From contig OZ037765.1 in assembly GCA_964035545.1 (NCBI GenBank), positions 10,116,698 through 10,180,697 of the forward strand: a DNA stretch of 64,000 bases. Reading direction: 5' to 3'. The stretch is from Bugula neritina. Lineage: Eukaryota > Animalia > Bryozoa. The translations under genes were made by a program, and so were the position numbers. This document shows, in pieces, positions 57,401 to 64,000 of this stretch (position 1 is the stretch's first letter; each line of letters opens with the position of its first letter). The notes beneath the pieces are model-generated. The model did no database searches, was not told where the DNA came from, and was given only the letters and a program-made list of their open reading frames with translations.

Positions 57401-60400
57401 CTCATGTATGCTAAAGGCAGATTTATTGTATTGGATGTTGCCTAGCTTTAAGTTGCGTTTATACCTCTGCTGAAAAAAGTACCGAGTTTAAGCTAATAAT
57501 GCTTGTCCGGGTACTCTTTTATAGTCAAACTGAAACTCGTTGAAATCATATTGATGCGGTTGCTCACTTTCTGAAATTGAAATTTGACTCGCATAATAGC
57601 TACCTGATGCCCTTTGTAAACGTCGTGAATTAGTGAAGCGTACAGCATAAAAACGATAATTGAGAAGGCGTAGGCTATATAAATATAACCGTATAAGTAC
57701 GTTGTCTAATCGCCAAAGTAATAACTAAATAACGATGTTTACAAGGAGTTATTACTCCTATTCTAAAATTGGCCAATTAAGTTATCACAGTACAAAAATT
57801 TTTACGGGTGGCTTTTACAATGCAATGCAACTCGGTAAAATTTCAACCCGGCCAAATTGAAATTCTGTCCGAAAATCGTGAAGGTATAAAGGCAACTTTA
57901 GATTTAAGTATTAGTTTATACTACAGGTTGTCTTGTTGTTCCAGGTCAGATGTAATCATCTATGCCGTGAATCAGACCAGCAACTACCTGTTTGAGAGAA
58001 AAGAAGTCATCACTTATATTAACTCTCGTATTGATGGAGAGTACAAGAGTACAGCCTTATATGTCAAGATACTTTACGCTGAGGTAATGCACTAGATGTA
58101 ACTCAATATGTGTATAGTTATTATTTTATGGTTTTTCCCTGTCTCATATAGTATATTAATTTGTTATTACTATATTATTATGTAATATTACCAATGCACA
58201 TTATTAACAGTAGCAATTCTAACTTTTACTCTATTTCCTAAAAATAACATGTTTGATTCAAGATTCTAAATATACATATATGTCTATGATGGATATAAAA
58301 CTTTTTTCATCACACAATATTAATGTGGTGTGACGAAATTTTCAAAATATGCTCTTGCATGTCTTGAGCCCTATTTTAGGCACATAACTTCATGCTAGTA
58401 AAAAGGTATAACCCTGAGCCTTCTGAGATTAATACTACTCAAACAGCGTTAGTTAATGGAAACCTTTACAGTGGTTGTGGATTTTTCAAAGTATACTATA
58501 TTTAGTTCTCAATATTTTGCATGAAATGTGCGGTTGAAGTTTGTTCATATTATTTTTAGTTCATGCAGGTATGCGTTATCCATGCAATGTACTTTAGGAT
58601 AGTGAGAGAGAACAACTCTCTATTAGTAAATATAAATATATTTTAGCATATAGACACAGTCTCTTCTATCAATAATATTGACCAACAGTGTTATATTGAA
58701 CAGGACATTCACTCCACATATATCTACCTGCCAACTGCTGCACCAAGGAAGGTAATGGGAGGGGAAGAGTTTCCTATTGGACTACTGGTTGCTATGATTC
58801 TCCTACTTCCACTCTTACTGCTGCCTTTCTTGCTGTGCTGTCTATTGGGCTGTCCATGTTGTGGTTCACTGCTTGGAGTCAATAAAAGATATGCCGCTCT
58901 TACTGTAGGTTACACAAGTCACATTTCACCTGTAATTTATGTGGAAATACTTTTAAAAATACATTCAACATAATTTAAACTGTAGTAAAATATGCTATGC
59001 AATATAAAGCAAATTTATGTATATATTTATCAGTAGGTACCACAGCCTACATGAGCAATAAAATGTTGTTTATTCTTTCAATTAAAAATCATGTGTATGA
59101 ATTAAATTGACTGGTTTTCAAAAATGTAAAACTTAGCACTTCTTTGCAGCACTAAATTTTAACTCTTTTTGATGATTTATTTTGAAGTTTAAAGTTTTTA
59201 TTTATTGCTGTACAGTAATAATTCGTTATGAAAATATTGATTTGTATGCTAATCAAGTGTTGCTGTATTATGTGTTAATATATAAAATGAATACCAAATA
59301 TTTCAGGCTGCCCCTGCGGGAGGTTACAGTGAGGAGTCCTTTATTGATGACTGGTACGAGCAGTCGAAGATGTACACCAACCCAGCATATAATGACAACT
59401 GGGACACCGGCTCAGCTCATATGCTGGTTAACCTGCATGGGGGTAAAGGAAATGCCGGGAAACACGCCACTACAGAAGAAGAAATCACTGAGGTGTGTAA
59501 TCACCTAATTTTAATTTAGGAAAACAAAAGTTTTGCAGCAATAATTTATGTATAACTTTTTCTAGAAGTTACCAATTCTGATATAATGACTGTTATGATT
59601 ATTTTCGGTGAGAAAGATGTATTTTATAATTTTGAAGGAAACACGAGAGTACTATAGACAATATGGAAATGGGAGTGGAGGTCAAATGATGAATGGTGTT
59701 GCTGCCTTAGATACTGGTGACAGTCACAGACAAGTAACTACAGGTAATATGAGTCTGGCTCGCTCAGTGAAGGCAGAGTCGTCTGTTATAGTTGATGGTG
59801 AGTGTTAATTCATTCTATTTATTTTTATTAGCTTTTGGTAACAAATGTGTTTTGAAAATAATTATAATTCTGCATCACTAGATTGGAATTTATTTTCTAT
59901 TATCCACATAAACTACAGAAGGTATATATAGCAATTTGGGTGAAGACCTTATACTATTAGAAACTGTATTTAAATAACACATTGATTATATAGTATCCGT
60001 TGCATGAATCTTATACAGTTACAGATAGGAGCCTAGAAGTGTTTTTTCAGATATAGACATGCATTAAGTATCAAGCGTCAGTAGAACATTTTTGTATATG
60101 TGTGGTCTACAGGCTTGATTCCAGCTAGCAGAGAAGGTGAAGGTCAGACTGAGGTTGTTGAAGAGCAACGCGTAGAAAGACGTGTGGAGCAAGAAAATGC
60201 TCAGAATCAGTCCGAACATCTGAAACATTTAGATAGAAGAGATGTAAACCCTTTAGTGAGTTCCATGGATACAGAACACCACCAGACGTCTCAGCAGATG
60301 TCCTCTCTTAGTCCAGGAGTAAGTATTTTACTTGACACAATTTATCCATCCATCACATGTCTTCTTGAGAAAATCTCTATCAACAAACAAATGAGTACAG

Positions 60401-62008
60401 TAAGAGCAGTAGCAAGGAGATTACAAATTTTTATGTTTTTCATTTGACTCACTGAATATCATTAATTTCAACAGATTATATTATTTATTATTGATTTTAT
60501 ATTAAGTATGATATTACCAAGCACGTCATCACAATACAATAATGAATTGCATATAAGAGTATGATGCAAAAATTGACCAATATAGAGGTATAAAATTGGA
60601 TTTTGATGTAGCAACAGTCAAATTTTAACTTAGTAAAAAATTGAGTACCTAAAATAAAATTTCTATATGCAAATGTCTTTGAGCTATCCAAGCTGTTGCA
60701 GTCCGAAGCAAGGTGGCATAACTTGCACATAAATCTGTACTTCCTTGCTGTCGAGCAATTACATTTGTTGACATTTTATCTCTCAGACTATAGACATACT
60801 GGATTCAGCTAGTGCATACAATGCCAAGGTTGCTGCTACTAGAGCTGATCACTATGGTAGCTTCTCACACACAGCCACTGTGCCTCGGTACCACAGCAGA
60901 AGACACGATGACATCAGAAGACACGATGACATCAGAAGACACGATGACATCAGAAGACACGATGACAGTGGGCATCATGGTGATTACTTTACGTCTGACA
61001 GATATGAATCAGACTACTACTCTGATCAGAGACGGGCTCCTTCCAGTAGAAGGTATGCAGGTTGCGTGTCACAATGCATGTTTGCCTGTAATAGAGCAGT
61101 AAATAGGAATAAGTTATTACTGTCAGTGCATAAGTTTAGTTTTACTGCATCTTGTTACTGTATTATGTCTTATGTATCTTACAGCCACCGGGAGGAGGAA
61201 TCTGGCATGACTATAATATTGGATGCTGAACCAACCCCTGGAATGGCTGTAGAGGCTGTTGAATACGAGGTACACATTATGATGTGTTGGTTGTTGTAAA
61301 ACATAGTGGTAATGCTGATAGCAGAATTGTTAGAAAAGCGATATACAAAATGGCCAAATTTATAATTTGTAGATATGTTAATGACATTGCCTGATATGTG
61401 ATGATGTCTCAGTATGCCTAGTTTATTTAAAGCACTTAATTGTTTATTATAAATAAATTTTTACTTCGAATTGAAATTTTTGTTTTAGGGGGTTCGAACA
61501 TAGTTGAATGCGGACTTTTACATATAAGCCATGTTTTACCTAGAATAATGATATTTTACATTTACTAAACTTACAGGTAGTATCTAATCACCCTCCCGTA
61601 TCAAACCCGAGCTATGGAGATTTACCTGATCATGACTTGCATGGAGGTAGTCATGGCTTTACTATCGAGCTTGACCCAACAACCAATCAGAACTCAGGTA
61701 ACTTTCATGTTTCTCTGATGTCATCTCTGCTAATAATCATTAAAAATTTTGGTGATTTCTGATTTAAATTATAATTCTACACATAGAGTACTGGTTTAAA
61801 CTTCAATTGGATAAATTTGGTATTTGATTCTTATTTTTTATTCTGCAAAAACATGGTTTTATGTATGTTTATACCAGGTATGATAGCTGACAAGGAAGAA
61901 TATCTTCTCAAGGATGATGAAAGATTAGCACCAGAAAATGCTTCAAATCCCAAGCAGCATAAACGCTACAAGAGATCTACTGCCACCACCTACACTGACT
62001 ATAATTGA
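42500..62008 (+). CDS. Non-classical cadherin B (Cad87A/CDH23-like): signal peptide, about 14 EC repeats, membrane-adjacent domain, TM, long low-complexity tail. 39 exons: 42500-42545, 42686-42757, 43676-43818, 44037-44180, 44470-44706, 45167-45286, 45558-45636, 46096-46211, 46602-46802, 47016-47180, 47342-47512, 47855-47928, 48021-48139, 48405-48553, 49009-49160, 49719-49879, 50209-50387, 50477-50603, 51051-51329, 51606-51809, 51961-52225, 52666-52849, 53238-53391, 53915-54117, 54589-54774, 55268-55412, 55700-55807, 56061-56300, 56585-56814, 56949-57175, 57945-58083, 58704-58904, 59307-59492, 59638-59797, 60113-60318, 60787-61052, 61185-61269, 61577-61697, 61878-62008
   Basis: Signal peptide MWILLINILLMHSLIVNG, mature start QNAPPEAVF, repeated DVNDNPPMF/DENDNIPEF/ATDxD/LDYE motifs, TM LLVAMILLLPLLLLPFLLCCLLG. 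In-phase GT/AG joins up to TGA at 62006-62008, with AATAAA at 62205-62210. Confidence 0.92.
47538..47622. repeat. CA-rich micro/minisatellite (cacaccacactcgca units), intronic
   Basis: Directly visible just after the donor site at 47513. Confidence 0.8.
57451..57897. mobile_element. 447-bp MITE, PIF/Harbinger-like, a second family
   Basis: 16-bp TIRs AGTTGCGTTTATACCT / AGGTATAAAGGCAACT (1 mismatch), TTA on both flanks (57448-57450, 57898-57900), subterminal inverted match taccgagtt/aactcggta, and an interior richer in CpG than the surrounding intron. Confidence 0.72.
60898..60967 (+). repeat. Coding 18-bp tandem repeat (RRHDDI x3 + RRHDDS) in the cadherin B tail
   Basis: agaagacacgatgacatc repeated exactly three times plus a partial copy. 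The frame is fixed by the phase-0 join 60318/60787. Confidence 0.85.
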
Positions 62009-63512
62009 ACTCTGCTCTGTGTGCAATCTAACCTGCTTGGCTTGGGCTGCTTCAGCAAATCTGAACACGCTTTTATTCTTTTATTTATACTACACAGATA
62101 CTTACACTCGTTGATTTTAACTTCTTAGCAATAGCTATAGCAAATTTTTGAGTAACTTTTATTATAGTTTTTATATTTATGGCAATAATTTCACTAAGAA
62201 TTTTAATAAAATCTTATAATGGCATTTAGGTTCTAAATAATGTAAAGTAGTTAGTACATGATTTTCCTACTCTTTTTTGACATTTATTATCTTTTAGCAA
62301 GAGCATATATTGGGGCTAAACTAGTTGTTTTCAAAACATATTTTTGAGTTTTTATTTAACAATAACATTGCTACAGCTGCTCATTTTATAATTTACTTGT
62401 TCAGATATATTCATTGCAGATGTGTCAATATAAGACTATTTGTTTTTCAGTCTAAAAATATAGCTGTTCATCCACTTCGAAGCAATTTTGTGAAAAGCGT
62501 GACTACTACAGAATGGAAATTATAATGACAGAAGCATTGAAACGGTGGTTTTTTCATAAAAAAGTTGCTGCAAAACGTTTGTGCTTTTAATTAGAACAGA
62601 GGAAAATTTTCTGTATTTACGGTGAGTCTCGTGAAAAAATTTGCTTGTTTATGCATATATGCGTAGCTCATATATTACTGATTTCAAAATCTTTCATTTG
62701 ATGAACATGCAAAGGTTACTAGTTGACCAAATTGGTGACGCTGGTATGTGCTATATATTGAACCAATTACAGAAACAAAGAAAATATTAAAAAGTGAAAA
62801 TTCTATATTTCTGAAATCGTCATACATTAAAATATTAGGCATCACAATATTATACTTTTAATTCATCGAACTTTATAGTTAAACTACAGCCTCAGAGTTA
62901 AATACATAATTATTTTACTTTGTCCCACATCGTAAAACATCTCAAGAATGTGCAGTGTGCACTAACCAACTAAAAACAACCTGCCTAATATTGGCTTAGT
63001 GCAGCACATGTTAAATGTTAAATGAATTACGAACAGCCAATTAGTTATTATTTGCTAAAACTAATCAACTTCTAACTTGAAAATATTTTTCTTTGATGAC
63101 TTTCAATACTAACAAAAATTATGAAACACAAACATATTTAAAAAGTAAAATAATGAGTAACTTGCAAACAAACTCTACAATTATGATCTGCCGTGCTTAG
63201 TAATTACAAAAATATAGAATAATGAACATTACTTTCTTGATTGCTATGCTAAAGACAAACTGATATATGTACATTGCGATCAAAACTTCCTGAATCATAA
63301 TGAGAATTGTTTTTAAAACAAAATAAAAAATGAAACTGATTTTAAACAAAATTCAGACAACAGGACGAAATGAAATAAAAACTTTTGTAAAATGGACGAC
63401 TTTTTTGAGTGATTTGATGGATGGATTCAAGTTAAAACATGAATGAGTGTGAGACATTAATACTAAACAATGCTTTTATCTTCACTCTGTATATTACTAC
63501 TTGTTTTCATAC

Positions 63513-63621
63513 ACGGCGAGTAGGTCGGCTAGCGTTACGCCTCCATATCCTGTCCAGGTTCTCAAACACACGCTGGTCGGCTGGCGGTCCCAAACCGTGA
63601 TCATCAAGAACAGCCCAGGCC
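63513..63621 (-). CDS. Probable internal exon of an unidentified convergent gene extending beyond the window
   Basis: GC-rich 109-nt block bounded by tgtag and gtatga on the minus strand, open as AWAVLDDHGLGPPADQRVFENLDRIWRRNASRPTRR. A second frame is also open. Confidence 0.5.
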
Positions 63622-64000
63622 CTACAAGCATAGTATTATGGTGATGAGAAGCATTAGGATGTGTGCTCTATGAGATAATCAGATGAGAATGAATATTTAT
63701 CACAAAACTGACCAGGTTACCATATTTTTAACTTTAAATTATATATAATGGTAAAATTTCTACCTCCACTTTAAATCTTAGGAATTTGAGTATATAGCGA
63801 GTTGAGTGTAGGAACTGGACTGATTTTGAATTAAAAATAAATCCAAACAGTTTGTTTTCAAGTATCATTTGATATAAATTTTTCCTACAGTTGATACATC
63901 ATCCAACAAAATTAGAAGTAATAACGCTGACAAGAAAAGACAATATAGCAGAGCCTTATTTATAGTCAAATGCATAATTAAACTTGTAAGTTACATTACA

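Overview
AT-rich, intron-dense animal genomic DNA, probably a lophotrochozoan invertebrate (inference only). Contents in order: (1) the last eight coding exons of a BCR/ABR-type RhoGEF-C2-RhoGAP gene (+, 104-6404); (2) a compact, convergent neuropeptide precursor gene (-, 7053-7547) predicted to release one 47-aa amidated CRH/DH44/egg-laying-hormone-like peptide; (3) two paralogous Cad87A/CDH23-like cadherin genes, each with about 14 EC repeats, arranged head-to-head (-, 38412 to at least 14097; +, 42500-62008); (4) inside an intron of the minus-strand cadherin, a 5.17-kb Academ-type DNA transposon derivative whose 5' part is replaced by an apparently perfect 1,192-bp inverted copy of its own 3' end, so the host pre-mRNA should carry a long transposon hairpin, similar to Mu killer; (5) two TTA-flanked MITEs, a tRNA-Thr-like SINE, tandem repeats and an orphan exon near the right edge. 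Exon models were built by hand from GT/AG sites and reading phase. No database searches were run.
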